Source: Octopus vulgaris
Lineage: Eukaryota
Length of the DNA stretch: 64,000 nucleotides
Direction: 5' to 3'
NCBI GenBank assembly: GCA_951406725.2
Contig: OX597827.1
Span: 12,958,001-13,022,000, forward strand
Shown here: positions 42,490 through 55,754 of the stretch, in pieces
How the letters are laid out: the number at the start of each line of letters is the position of its first letter
How positions within the stretch are numbered: the first letter of the stretch is position 1
Program-made: the position numbers and the translations under genes
Notes under the pieces: generated by a model
The model's database searches: none
Told to the model about the DNA's origin: nothing
Seen by the model: only the letters and a program-made list of their open reading frames with translations

Positions 42490-43208
42490 TTGTAAATCTG
42501 TGCATCTGAACACGTGTGAACACGGGTATGCACATATGCAATTTACACGTACGTAAAATTACGTAGATGTTCACTTAAACAGATAGCAAAGCAACCGTAT
42601 ATTCGAAATCATAAAATATGCATTAGAATTTCAAATAACATAATAGATTCTGTGAACTAGACGTGAATAATGAAATTCCATGCTAATATTTTTCTCAGAT
42701 CACAAAAGCTTAGTTTGGATTTAGCACAGCCTTCATTATGCACTATTGTTCATCATTTGGCATTAAGAAAATATAAAAGAAAGTATTACAAATTTAGAAT
42801 TATGAAATGAAATTTCTAAAATACTACAAATGCAAATTAATATGCAATTTGATAATAATAATATCATAATGTTATAACACTTTCATGTTAAGAATTTATG
42901 AGATCTAAGGGAAAATGCCTTCATTAAACATTTTATATAATCCTCCAGTAATTGAATTCTAAGTTCTTCATAATTCATGGCATAAATCTCTCATTAGGGT
43001 AGGTTTTCAAATTGGAAATTTCAAATTTACATACGCTGAACAGTATTGAGTTTATATTATTTTTTTCCCCACTCAAAATCTGAATCCAAATGTGTGAGGA
43101 AAATCACATTATTTCCATACCCTTAAATAAGCACATTCATTTAGTATGAAACATCATCAAGAAAAGGACAGGTCCATATATATATATATAAAGATATATA
43201 TATATATA

Positions 43209-43630
43209 TGCAGGAGTGGCTGTGTGGTAAGTAGCTTGTTTACCAACCACATAGTTCCGGGTTCAGTCCCACTGCGTGGCACCTTGGTCAAGTGTCTTCT
43301 ACTATAGCCTCGGGCCGACCAAAGCCTTGTGAGTGGATTTGGTAGACGGAAACTGAAAGAAGCCTGTCCTATATATGTATATGTATGTGTGTGTGTGTGT
43401 GTGTTTGTGTGTGTGTGTTTGTGTGTCTGTGTTTGTCCCCCTAGCATTGCTTGACAACCGATGCTGGTGTGTTTATGTCCCCGTTACTTAGCAGTTCGGC
43501 AAAAGAGACCGATAGAATAAGTACTGGGCTTACAAAGAATAAGTCTCGGGGTCGATTTGCTCGACCAAAGGCGGTGCTCCAGCATGGCCGCAGTCAAATG
43601 GCTGAAACAAGTAAAAGAGTAAAAGAGAGA
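43209..43630 (+). mobile_element. SINE family A
   Basis: Family homology. Confidence 0.9.
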
Positions 43631-43971
43631 ATATATGTATATATATATGTATATATATACACACACATATATATACCCATATGTATATGTATGTATATGT
43701 ACATATATATGTATACATGCACACATACACACACACGCACACATCTTTTTATCTTTCAGTTGTCAGACTGTAGCCATACTGGAGCAGTGCCTAGAAGAAT
43801 TTTAGTCAAACAAATCAACCCCACCACTTATTTTTCTTATGCCTGGTACCTACTCTATTGGTCTCTTTTGGTGAGCCACTAAGTTACGGGACATAGACAC
43901 ATCAAAACTTGTTGTCAAGCAATGGTGGGGGATAAGCGCACACGCACACTCACACATACACACGCACACAG

Positions 43972-44012
<41 letters not shown>

Positions 44013-44111
44013 TGGCTTCTTTCAGTTCTTATCTACTGAATCCACTCACTAGTCTTTGGTCAGCTTAAGTCTATGGTAGAAGAGACTTGCCCAAGGTATG
44101 CATTTCTCCTT

Positions 44112-44341
44112 GGCGGCGAGCTGGCAGAAACGTTAGCATGCCGGGCAAAATGCTTAGCGGTATTTCGTCTGCATTACGTTGTGAGTTCAAATTCCGCCGA
44201 GGTCGACTTTGCCTTTCATCCTTTCGGGGTCGATAAATTAAGTACCAGTTACGCACTGGGGTCGATGTAATCGACTTAATACCTATGTCTGTCCTTGTTT
44301 GTCCCCTCTGTGTTAAGCCCCCTTGTGGGCAATAAAGAAAT
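44112..44341 (+). mobile_element. SINE family B monomer with 18-bp TSD
   Basis: aggtatgcatttctcctt at 44094-44111 and 44342-44359. Confidence 0.92.
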
Positions 44342-45111
44342 AGGTATGCATTTCTCCTTATCTTCTTTTCACATGTTTGTTTTGCTACTATTTCGCTGAA
44401 TATCCTAACCAAATTTAGGATAGTGTTTCAAACCTTTGCTTCATTTGTAGATTTTTCAATGAACGCTACATACCAAAGAAAAGATTGATCATTGTAATTT
44501 TATTGTTTTCCTTTGTTTTTTGGGGTGTTTTTTTGTTTGTTTTTTTTTTTTGTTTTTTGCTGCCCTCATCATGCATAATGCTCGTGCTGTAGATCATAGA
44601 TTATATTATGATTGAAGAGACACTGACTAATTGCTTCCAAAATACACAAGTATTAATGCATCCAATTAGAGAATTGTAACCAGCTAGAGTCTCTTCTATG
44701 CCTTCTTTCTGCAATAATAGTGCATGCATAAGTCTATTTAGAAACGGTGGAGGCAGGCTTGAGAATGTTCATATTCCATTAGAAGCATAATTTGATTTCT
44801 CTCTATAATACAAAAAGGCCAGAAATATGAAGCATAATGTTGTACGGCAGGGAACAATGGAGCATGAATCCAGAGGGTGTGCATAAATTAAGAGAGAAAT
44901 TAAGTATGATGTACTAGATTTGTAATGTCGCGTTAAAAAGGAAGGCTTAAGTGCAAGTAAATTGAGGGAGCTACAGATCAAACAGCATAGATAGATTTGA
45001 GCCAGAGATAACAGCTCCAGATTTTGGGTTGCTAATTAGAATGGCTGATAAAGACAAGGTAAAATATACCACACGGTTCCATGTGAAGACTCTCAGATCA
45101 GAGGTTGGCTA

Positions 45112-45281
45112 AGTGAGTTGGCTGTGTGGTAAGTAGCTTGTTTACCAACCACATGGTTCCGGGTTCAGTCTCCCACTGCATGGCACCTTGGGCAAGTGTC
45201 TTCTACTATAGCCTCGGGCCGACCAAAGCCTTGTGAGTAGATTTGGTAGACGGAAACTGAAAGAAGCCCGTCATATATATG

Positions 45282-45312
<31 letters not shown>

Positions 45313-45545
45313 ATGTGTGTGTGTGCGTGTATGTTTGCGTGTCTGTGTTTGTCCCCCTAGCATTGCTTGACAACCGATGCTGGTGTGTTTATGTCCCTGA
45401 AACTTAGCGGTTCGGCAAAAGAGACCGATAGAATAAGTACTGGGCTTACAAAGAATAAGTCCCGGGGTCGAGTTGCTCGATTAAAAGCGGTGCTCCAGCA
45501 TGGCCGCAGTCAAATGACTGAAACAAGTAAAAGAGTAAAAGAGTA
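45112..45545 (+). mobile_element. SINE family A
   Basis: Family homology. Confidence 0.9.
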
Positions 45546-46183
45546 TTAAAGTTTAAAGAGGAAAATATGAGAATTTATAGGATTATTTGATAGTTTCACT
45601 TGCTGCAAGGCAAGAAGAATCTGATATTATGAGAGAAATAAAGTTATTTTACATCTGTCATTGTCAACATCTTTAGCAGTAGAAAATAGTATAGTCACTT
45701 TGGTTATGACAGCTGAACTTGTCAAACCCTTTTTCAAATTCCTAAAGATTAAATATGGCTATTGTAGACCATCATTAGTTTTCTCAGATTTCAGATGTTA
45801 CTCTAGGGAGGTAAGTTAGAGCTGAAATGGAAACATTTGACTTATCAGAAGAGATACTTGCAGAAACAGAGTGAGATAACTGGAGAGTTATTGAATTTCA
45901 AAACCTTCCAACTCATCAAGATAGTTGTAAATCAATAAAGATAATGATCTACCTACAAAACATAAATACTGTGGGGGATTTAATTTCTTGTATTCAGATC
46001 ATATTTTCTTCTTGAACAATTTATTTCACACATAATCAATAATTTCTCCTTATCGCTTATGTGAATGATAAACTTGGGCAAGTGAAAGCTCACTTTGTCT
46101 ATTCTTAATTATAGTCAGGGAAAAGGAGCAGATTGTAGTAACATTGTCCTGAAAACTACCAAGAGGAAAACATAAAGCCAGAA

Positions 46184-46527
46184 CTGTTGTGTCTGGGGAG
46201 AGTCATTTTCTTTTTGTGCCTTATTATTTAACACACTCACCAGTAAAATTTCCACTTTTTTCTTATTTTTATTTTCCTAAAATTTTTGTTGCGTGTTGCA
46301 ACCTTTTCAATAGTTTTGACTTTGTCTGTTATTTACACTGCATTCCCTTTTGTTTGTTTGCGCGCATGTGTGGGTCAGTAAAAATAAGAAAAAAGTGGAA
46401 ATTTTACCGGTGAGTGTGTTAAATAATAAGGCAGAAAAAGAAAATGACTCTCCCCAGACACAACAGAATATGCTTCAACACACGAACTCATATAAAGAAT
46501 CTTGCAAACCAAATCCAAAAACGAAAT
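46184..46527. mobile_element. Inverted-repeat element (arms about 88 bp, 46184-46466) with a possible 61-bp tail
   Basis: ctgttgtgtctggggagagtcattttc.../...gaaaatgactctccccagacacaacag; ataaagccagaac at 46172-46184 and 46528-46540. Confidence 0.75.
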
Positions 46528-47990
46528 ATAAAGCCAGAACGTTTTACAGATAACAAAGAGCAACATCAGTAACATCGTTCATGTTCTTTTCCAATTACTT
46601 TCTTGCTTCAGTCTGAACAATCTACCCTCAGATGCCTACATGTTAAGTTATAAACTTAACAGTTTACGTAAACTCCTATTAAATTTCATGAACCCATTTC
46701 AAATGTTTATCAATACATGTACTCAGTAACTATGTCCACATTGAAAACTATTGCATTTGGACTAATAGGATAGTCCCGGTTAGTATGTTTTACTTACTAG
46801 AAATAGGAGGGAAACTGCCATTAAATCCTATCCTACCATCTTAAAGGATTGGATCGTAGGGCACACAGCCACTCCTGCGCCTGTTAGCTTATTTTTTTTA
46901 TATTTTTGTTTTTCTATTTTGCTTTGATTAGGTTGCTTGGCCAACTTCCTTTGGTGGTTGGAGCAGAATAGTAAAGTCTGATGTCTTGCAGACAAGCTGT
47001 GTGTACTCCTAGAGCAACATTTTGTCAATGGTTGACCTGAGATTAAAATGGTTTCTGCACTTACTGGCAACATAAGGGAATATCCTCATTCTTTTGGACC
47101 ACACTATACTGTACACATTTAGCTTTCCTCCAATGTCTATGCAGTCACTCCACCAAACAAGGCATAACTGTAAATATCTTAGCTTTTTATTGCAGCTATA
47201 CACACACACACATTCTTAATGCACTTAGATGCATACATTCATAGATATATATATATATAAGGATATGTGTGTGTATGTCTGTAACAGTGTTTGTGTGAGT
47301 ACTACTAGCTGTACCATAAAAACCTTAACATGTTTTTACTGTTGCAGTTAAAACAAATAATGATTTCTTAGTCAGATGTATAGTGTAAGAGAAATGAAGT
47401 TATTTGACGTCTATGCCATTTTCAACATCATTAGCAATAGAAATGGAGGTAAATGGCTACGACTTCCATTGCTTCCTGTTATGAAATTGGTGCCGCCATC
47501 TTCACTGGTTTATCGACTGTTAAAAGAAAGCTGTCACCCACACAGCATGGTCCTTAACCACAACGGAGAAGAATTACTGTCAGAAAGGAACTTTTCCCAT
47601 TATCTTACAATAAAATGTACCATAAAACACTATATATTTGTCATTTCACCTGAATAGCAGCAGCCCACAAATCTTAGTTGGTAATGGTTGAGTCAAAAAC
47701 AAAAAACAAAAAAAATGGTTTCCCTATATATCCTATATATTCTGCCAAAGTGAGTCTCTTTTACGTGGTCTTTCAGTTTCCTAGAAATAGCAGAGAAATC
47801 TTCTTTAAATCACATCTTTGTTTTAAAAAAAAAGAGAACCACATTAGATAAGGCAGTTCTTAGTACATGTATTCAGAAATGGTTGCTGGAATACCTTTGA
47901 GCATAGAATTGCTCAATGAGGTTTGTTCTGTTGATCTATTGTTAGAGATTTAGATATATATATATATATATATATATGCATATATATATG

Positions 47991-48039
<49 letters not shown>

Positions 48040-48040
48040 T

Positions 48041-48078
<38 letters not shown>

Positions 48079-48120
48079 TTGATATACATATATATATATA
48101 TATATACACGTATATATATA

Positions 48121-48370
48121 TAGGAAGAATCTACAAAAAAGACAAAAGATGAAGACAGGTGGTGTAGACAACAAACTGATGTATTAGTATAACACTCGGG
48201 AAGTGAAAAAGTCGTTAATGTTTCAAGCCTATGCTCTTCCACAGAAAGGAACACAGAAATAATCAGAGAGAGAAAATAAAGAATGTGTAATGTCTAGTGA
48301 GCTATCATGCCAAATGCTGGACAGAAGGGTCACATAGGAGAGCTAGAGAGAAGTGGGGATAATAAAGTAG
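48121..48370 (-). mobile_element. TA-anchored element with minimal HHR-like motif (CTGTNGA variant) at 48213-48248
   Basis: Homologous to 49149-49620, 50330-50520 and the stub at 56915-56960. Confidence 0.7.
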
Positions 48371-48379
48371 TATATATAT

Positions 48380-48826
48380 ATATATACACACACTTTTACC
48401 ATTTTGAAAATCAGCACATGTTTTCACAGCGTATGTACTAGCAAAAATGCATGTGTGCAACAAACTTGAAAAAAATTGTCTTACCTCCAGGGAGAACATC
48501 TGAAAGATGAAATACCTAGAAAGGGATAATGTGGTACCGGTTTCAGATTTTTCAAGATATGTCTGCACACATATACTTGATTATCTTCATCAGCCAACAT
48601 ATACCTCGACAACATTTCAAATGTTGCCGCATCAATGCCAATACACTCGACTGAAACACCAAAACGCTGACAGAACGAGAACAGTGAAGAAGTTTCAATA
48701 AAAATAGTAATGCAATACGAGAGTATTGCTTTCCAGTAAAGAATAGCCCGTGAGGGAAAATTATACATAGAAGTAAATATATACACACACTTTTACCATT
48801 TTGAAAATCAGCACATGTTTTCACAG
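48380..48826 (-). mobile_element. Retrozyme-like unit: 397-bp monomer with 50-bp terminal redundancy and one HHR
   Basis: Identical atatatacacacacttttaccattttgaaaatcagcacatgttttcacag at 48380-48429 and 48777-48826. Confidence 0.75.
48529..48600 (-). ncRNA. Type I hammerhead ribozyme, intact core, predicted GUA cleavage between 48535 and 48534
   Basis: Minus strand ATGtTGG-CTGATGA-AGATaaTCAAGtATATGTgtgcagACATATCTTGAaaaATCT-GAAA-CCGG-TA-CCACAT; long helix II, palindromic ACCGGT helix III. Confidence 0.88.
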
Positions 48827-48878
48827 GGTCTTCTCATAAGACTGAGAGAGATAGTTGAGTTTAACCCTAGGTGTTAAG

Positions 48879-48934
48879 AGTTACTGATGAGGATTAAGAT
48901 AGGATACATCAAAATCCAAAATTGCGATCTGGCT
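48879..48934 (+). ncRNA. Type I hammerhead ribozyme relic (G12A) in element about 48827-49118
   Basis: AGTTA-CTGATGA-GGATT...AATCC-AAAA-TTGCGA-TC-TGGCT; both defects fit CpG decay (CGAAA, ATCGCGAT). Confidence 0.7.
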
Positions 48935-49116
48935 ATATACGATGAGGACTTACCTCCCTTTGTCAATCATTAAGACAGTGCTTTTGTGGCTTTTGAGCTG
49001 TTTCAAGTCTCATTTTTAGCAAAAGTGATGCTAATCAGTAGTCTCAGTCACTTTTGTGACCTCTATTAATTTTGCATTTAGGTTCTAATTGCTAATAAGT
49101 CACCCTTTTTAATTTG

Positions 49117-49148
<32 letters not shown>

Positions 49149-49152
<4 letters not shown>

Positions 49153-49620
49153 AGAATTCATAAAAAAACAAAAGATGAAGACAGGTGGTGTAGGCAACAA
49201 ACAGATGTGTTAGTATAACACTCAGGAAGTGAAAAAGTCTTTAATGTTTCGAGCCTATGCTCTTCCACAGAAAGAAACAAGGAGAGAAAATAAAGAATGT
49301 GTAGTGGCTAGCGATCTACCATGGTGAATGCCAGGCAGAAACGTCACACAGGAGAGCTAGGGAGAAGTGGAGATAATAAAGTAGTGTTGATCCCAAAACG
49401 AAGGTGTGCATGCGTGTGTATAAGAGAGTTTGTATGAGCATGTGGAAGAGGGCTGGTGACCTTGACGTGTGCATGTGCGTATGTGTAGGTGTGAAAATGT
49501 GGGTCTGGGAAGTAGTCAGTGCTGATGTGTGCATGGTGGTGTGTTGTGATGTGATGTGTTGTGTGGTATGGTGGTGTATGGTGTAGTGGTGTGTGATGGT
49601 GTTGGGAGGTGGGGAGGTGA
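49149..49620 (-). mobile_element. TA-anchored element with minimal HHR-like motif at 49239-49274
   Basis: Minus strand CTTT-CTGTGGA-A-GAGC-atag-GCTC-GAAA-CAT-T-AAAG. Confidence 0.7.
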
Positions 49621-50292
49621 GAATGGGAAAAGCAAGGGTGGGGTATGTGGGTAAGGCGGAGGGTTGGGTAGAGGTATGTGAGAGTGGGTGTAAGGAATGG
49701 GGTTCTTTCAGTTTCTATCTACCCAATCCACTTGCAAGACTTTAAGTCAGCTTGAAGTTATACTACAAGACATTTGCCAAATGTGCCATGCAGTGGGACT
49801 GAACCCAGAACCAGGTGGTCAGGAAGCAAACTTCTTAACCACATAGACATGCCTACTCCTCTATAAATACCATTTTTAAAAAAAAATCTCAATGTGTCTG
49901 GAGATAAGAGAATTAAGGGATAGCAGAATTGAAAATATCCTCAATGAAATTTGTAGTCTGGCGAACCCCGTACACTAACACTGCAAATATTTAATTAATT
50001 AATACTGGGGTAGTATATTCATTAGGGATTTAATCTATGATTAAATGCTATTATTTACTTGCTCATGATTCATTTGTCTATTTACGTACATACAGCATTG
50101 ATAATTTATATTACCTGCAACATAGATTGATGTCTTAATCCCAATACGTTTGTGTATGTATGTATGTATATGTATGTGTATGTGTGTTTATGTGTATGTA
50201 TGTATATAAATAAATATCTATATGTAACTATAATACTGATGATGGTATATGTGTGTTCATGTATGTGTGTATGTATATTTATGCTTATGTGT

Positions 50293-50329
<37 letters not shown>

Positions 50330-50520
50330 AGGGGAGTTTACAAACAAAAACAACAAAAGACGAAGACAGGTGGTGTACAAAACAAACAGATGTAGTAATT
50401 AGTATAACGCTCAGGAATAGAAAAAGTCTTTTACGTTTCGAGCCTACACTTTTCTACAGAAAGGGACACAGAAAAAAACAAGGAGAGAAACAAGGAGAGA
50501 AAAAAGGAGAGAAAAAAAGG
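50330..50520 (-). mobile_element. TA-anchored element with minimal HHR-like motif at 50428-50463
   Basis: Minus strand CTTT-CTGTAGA-A-AAGT-gtag-GCTC-GAAA-CGT-A-AAAG. Confidence 0.7.
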
Positions 50521-51006
50521 CATTTGAATAAAGTTACAATATCGTCTGGTTTTCACGTTTTTAATTATTGTATTTTTTTAAAAATTTTTACAATGTTGAA
50601 ATGTGCTAAACATTAAAAAAAAATATTTAGTAATGTTCATAAAGTTCAATTAATGCTTTCATACATTCTTAGTAATCCTCAGATTTCACAATGTATTGAC
50701 TGACAGTTGAGCTGAGTGCTTGACAACTGTAGTAAAACGACTGACTTCCTCCTTTTCATTCCTATTAGAAGGTTCCAACAAGCTGAATTTTTCAAATACG
50801 GTTTTGACCAGTCAGCATGCAGATTAAACGTCATGGTTTGCCAGGCACAGATCCTGCCTTTGCTTTAACCAATTAGCTTGCAGTTTACATGAAATGGTTT
50901 TATGAGTGATTAAACTTAGGTTGGTTGCAATCGTTTTTATTTTAATCGGTGGCAGTCTTCTGTAATTTGTTTATATTCATGTTAACGATATTTTGGAATC
51001 CACATC

Positions 51007-51164
<158 letters not shown>

Positions 51165-51179
51165 TATACATATATATAT

Positions 51180-51214
<35 letters not shown>

Positions 51215-51595
51215 CATGTATGTATGAATAAAATATTATGTAATGAGAAATGTGTATGTATGTATATATATATATAAATGTGTATATGTGTGTGTGTGTG
51301 TATCACGCATGTGTTAAAATTTCAAATAAAGCTTCGTAGGATGAAGTTTCATAGGATGTACTGCAACTGAATCAACAAAATGTACGCAAATGCTACTTCA
51401 AAGGAAATTAGGACGCTTATCCGGCAGAAACATGTGTTGGATTCGAACTTAATGAGAATAATACAGTAATTAACAAATTTTTGTGGATACGTAACTGTCC
51501 ATTCTTCGTTATGATGTCTTGAGTATAAACTTTCTAGGCTGTCTGAGATCCAATGAAGTGAAGTCATGATTTACATCCCAAGAGAAGTACTAAGG

Positions 51596-52425
51596 GGGTG
51601 AGCTGGCAGAAACGTTAGCACACTGAGCAAAACGCTTAGTGGTACATCGTCTGCCGTTACGTTCTGAGTTCAAATTCCGCCGAGGTCGACTTTGCCTTTC
51701 ATCCTTTCGAGGTCGATTAAATAAGTACCTATTTCTTTACTACCTACAAGGGGCTAAACACAGGGAGGACAAATAAGGACAGGCAAATGGATTAAGTCGA
51801 TTATATCGACCCCAGTGCGTAACTGGTACTTATTTAATCGACCCCGAAAGGATGAAAGGCAAAGTCGACCTTGGCGGAATTTGAACTCAGAACGTAGCGG
51901 CAGACGAAACACCGCAAAGCATTTCTCCCAGCGTGCTAACGTTTCTGCCAGCTCACCGCCGATTAAATAAGTACCACTTACGCACTGGGGACGATATAAT
52001 CGACTTAATTCGTTTGTCTGTCCTTGTTTGTCCCATCTGTGTTTAGCCCCTTGTGGGTAGTAAAGAAATAGGTATTTCGTCTGTCTTTACGTTCTGAGTT
52101 CAAATTCCGCCGAGGTCGACTTTGCCTTTCATCCTTTCGAGGTCGATTAAATAAGTACCAGTTACGCACTGGGGACGATATAATCGACTTAATCCGTTTG
52201 TCTGTACTCGTTTGTCCTCTCTGTGTTTAGCCCCTTGTGGGTAGTAAAGAAATAGGTATTTCATCTGTCGCTACGTTCTGAATTCAAATTCCGCCAAAGT
52301 CGACTTGGCCTTTCATCTTTTCGGGGTTGATAAATTAAGTACCAGTTGCGTACTGGGGTCGATCTAATCAACTGCCCCTCCACTCCTCCAAAATTTCAGG
52401 CCTTATGCCTGGAATAGGAAAGAAT
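51596..52425 (+). mobile_element. SINE B tandem array with an antisense SINE B (51730-51960) nested inside
   Basis: gattaaataagtacc duplicated at 51715-51729 and 51961-51975. Confidence 0.9.
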
Positions 52426-52533
52426 ATTTTGCTTTCAGGCTTGATAATTTACATGGAACACATATTGTCACATCTAGGAAGAGTACAACTCTCAGCTGAG
52501 TCTGTGATACAGATTGTATATATATATATATAT

Positions 52534-52934
52534 ACTCTTTTACTTGTTTCAGTCATTTGACTGCGGCCATGCTGGAGCACCGCCTTTAGTCGAGCAACTC
52601 GACCCCGGGACTTATTCCTTTTGTAAGCCCAGTACTTATTCTATCGGTCTCTTTTGCCGAACTGCTAAGTGACGGGGACGTAAACACACCAGCATCGGTT
52701 GTCAAGCAATGCTAGGGGGACAAACACAGACACACAAACACACACTTACATATATATATATATACATATATACGACAGGCTTCTTTCAGTTTCCGTCTAC
52801 CAAATCCACTCACAAGGCATTGGTCGGCCCAGGGCTATAACAGAAGACACTTGCCCAAGATGCCACACAGTGGGACTGAACCCGGAACCATGTGGTCGGT
52901 TAGCAAGCTACTTACCACACAGCCACTCCTGCGC

Positions 52935-52937
<3 letters not shown>
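52534..52937 (-). mobile_element. SINE family A
   Basis: Family homology. Confidence 0.9.
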
Positions 52938-52970
<33 letters not shown>

Positions 52971-53201
52971 ATATATATTTTTTTTTTTTCGGTGCAACTG
53001 GTTTTTTTATATGGCACTGAGTTTACAATCCTGTAAATAATAATAATAATGGTATTTTTATATAAGCTTAAAGCTTATGGCAATAACCATGCAATGACTA
53101 ATGAAAATAGTCTAATATATATATGTGTCTTCTTCTATAGACTCATCCCAACCAAAGCCTTTTGGGTTGATTTGGTAGTCAGAAGCTGAATGGAGCCTGT
53201 C

Positions 53202-53594
<393 letters not shown>

Positions 53595-54041
53595 ATATAT
53601 ATATATATATATTTAAGTATATATTTATGTGTGTGTGTCCTTGTGTCTGTCTTTGTTCCCTACCATCAACTGGTGTCGGTGTGTACTGAGCTTACAAAGA
53701 ATAAGTCTTGGGGTCAATTTCTTTGACTGACAAAACCCTTAAGGGGGTGCACCAGCAAGGCCAGTGTCAAATGAGTGACACAAATAAAAGAATGAAAAAA
53801 TTATAAATATATAACTACATGTGTGTGGATGTATGTATATATCTATATATATATATACATATATATATCATATATATACATATACATACATATATATATA
53901 ACTACATGTGTGTGGATGTGTGTATATATATACATATATATCATATATATACATATACATACATAAATATACATACATGCATACATACATAGACACATAC
54001 ATACATACATACATACATACATACATACATACATACATACA

Positions 54042-54075
<34 letters not shown>

Positions 54076-54441
54076 CATGCATGTATGCATGCATACATAC
54101 TTGTAGGCATACATATATATTCAGTGAAAAGTTGTTTTACATATTCCCCTCATCATGAACAAACTGGTTTACACGTAGTTTTTTTAGCATGATATGTACC
54201 AGGTGATAAACAGTGTCTCAAGTAATGAACTTACAAGCAAGCAACAACAGTTGGCAACAAGCTGGGAATATCAGCAGGAGAACATCAGTTGCTGTCTAGC
54301 TTTCACTTAGTGCACATCCCTGCCTGAATTTGCTGTGCCTCCTCTAGAGTTTCCCTATGGGAAAAATTATTTCAGCTTACAAACATTTTGAGTGAAGATT
54401 GGCCTTCAGGAATGAATCAAATTTGTAAAATGAGGCTCCAC

Positions 54442-54495
<54 letters not shown>

Positions 54496-54525
54496 ATATA
54501 CAATATAGATAAATAGATAGATATG

Positions 54526-54965
54526 TTTCTTTATTAGCCACACAGGGCTGAACACAGAGGGGACAAATTACAAAGTAGAGGTATTCTTTTTAGGGAGAAA
54601 TAAAAAGGGGGGGGGTAGGTTTTCGATCAAAAGGGATCGTAAAAAAAAGAAGAAAAGAAAAGAAAAAAACGATCAATAGGGATTGTGTATCACAGAAGTG
54701 TCATGATGTAAAGTGTAAAGAGGGAAACAGATAAGGTTTATCCATGGAAAGAAAAGCCTACACGGTAACCTCGGTCAATAATGTCACATGTTAACACATT
54801 TATTTGCAAGTAAGTAACTCTCTGTTTCAAATTTTTCCGGGTTCATAGTATTATGCTCAAGGTGGCTTCGTCATTTATACATGCCATCCTTGCTACATTC
54901 ACCCATCTTTTATTGAAACATTCGCTAGACAAAAACTTGCCTCTCTACTTTCACTTTCCTTTGAA
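54526..54965 (-). mobile_element. LINE 3' end, probably Tx1/L1 clade; shares its terminus with SINE B
   Basis: Minus strand RKVKVERQV/LSSECFNKRWVNVARMACINDEATLSIIL*, then UTR ending tgtcccctctgtgttcagccctgtgtggctaataaagaaa; (GATA)n flanks. Confidence 0.55.
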
Positions 54966-54983
54966 AGAAAGAAAGAAAGACAT

Positions 54984-55024
<41 letters not shown>

Positions 55025-55754
55025 AAGAAAGGATGCTTTCATTGGACTGACCACTACATTGCCTATAGCCAATTATTGTTGCCTGGATTCCATCTTTCTT
55101 CGTTTAATGTTGGATTTCGATGCTTCAGTCTGAGCACTAATTGGCTGTATCTATCACATACCTTTTTGACATACTCTTACCCATTACACGCACGCACACA
55201 CATGCATGCATAAATATATTTACATTGTAAAAATATGTAATTATTTGCATTGCACAATTTGTTTTCCAGTGGCATTCACAAGTAATATATGGACTGGTAC
55301 TTGTAGCAATATCTTCTCTCATCTTCCTTCTTCTACTATAAAAAGAAATATATATACCGAAGATTTGCTGCCTTTGCTACTATTGATGCCTCTTTCAACT
55401 TCTGAAAGTTTGTGAAGTGCTTTTGCAAAAGAGATGAGACATTACCACTGCTTTAGCTTCCTCATATTCCTGTATCTCATCATTTTGGTATTTTGTGATG
55501 ACCTTTGGAAAGGATGTTGGCAGTTGAGGTAATATGCTTGTTATTGATTTAGTATGATTTTTCTGCAATGTAAACCTATTAAGTAAATAAATAATAATAA
55601 AACTGAACAGAGTGGACATCATAAAAGCAATAAGTACATGCGCTACATTACTACTGTTCCCTTTTTAAAATGGACAAAGGATAGAGCAACAGAACTTAGG
55701 ACAACCAGAAAGCTGCACATAAGGCACAGCACACACCACACTAAAAGTAATACC

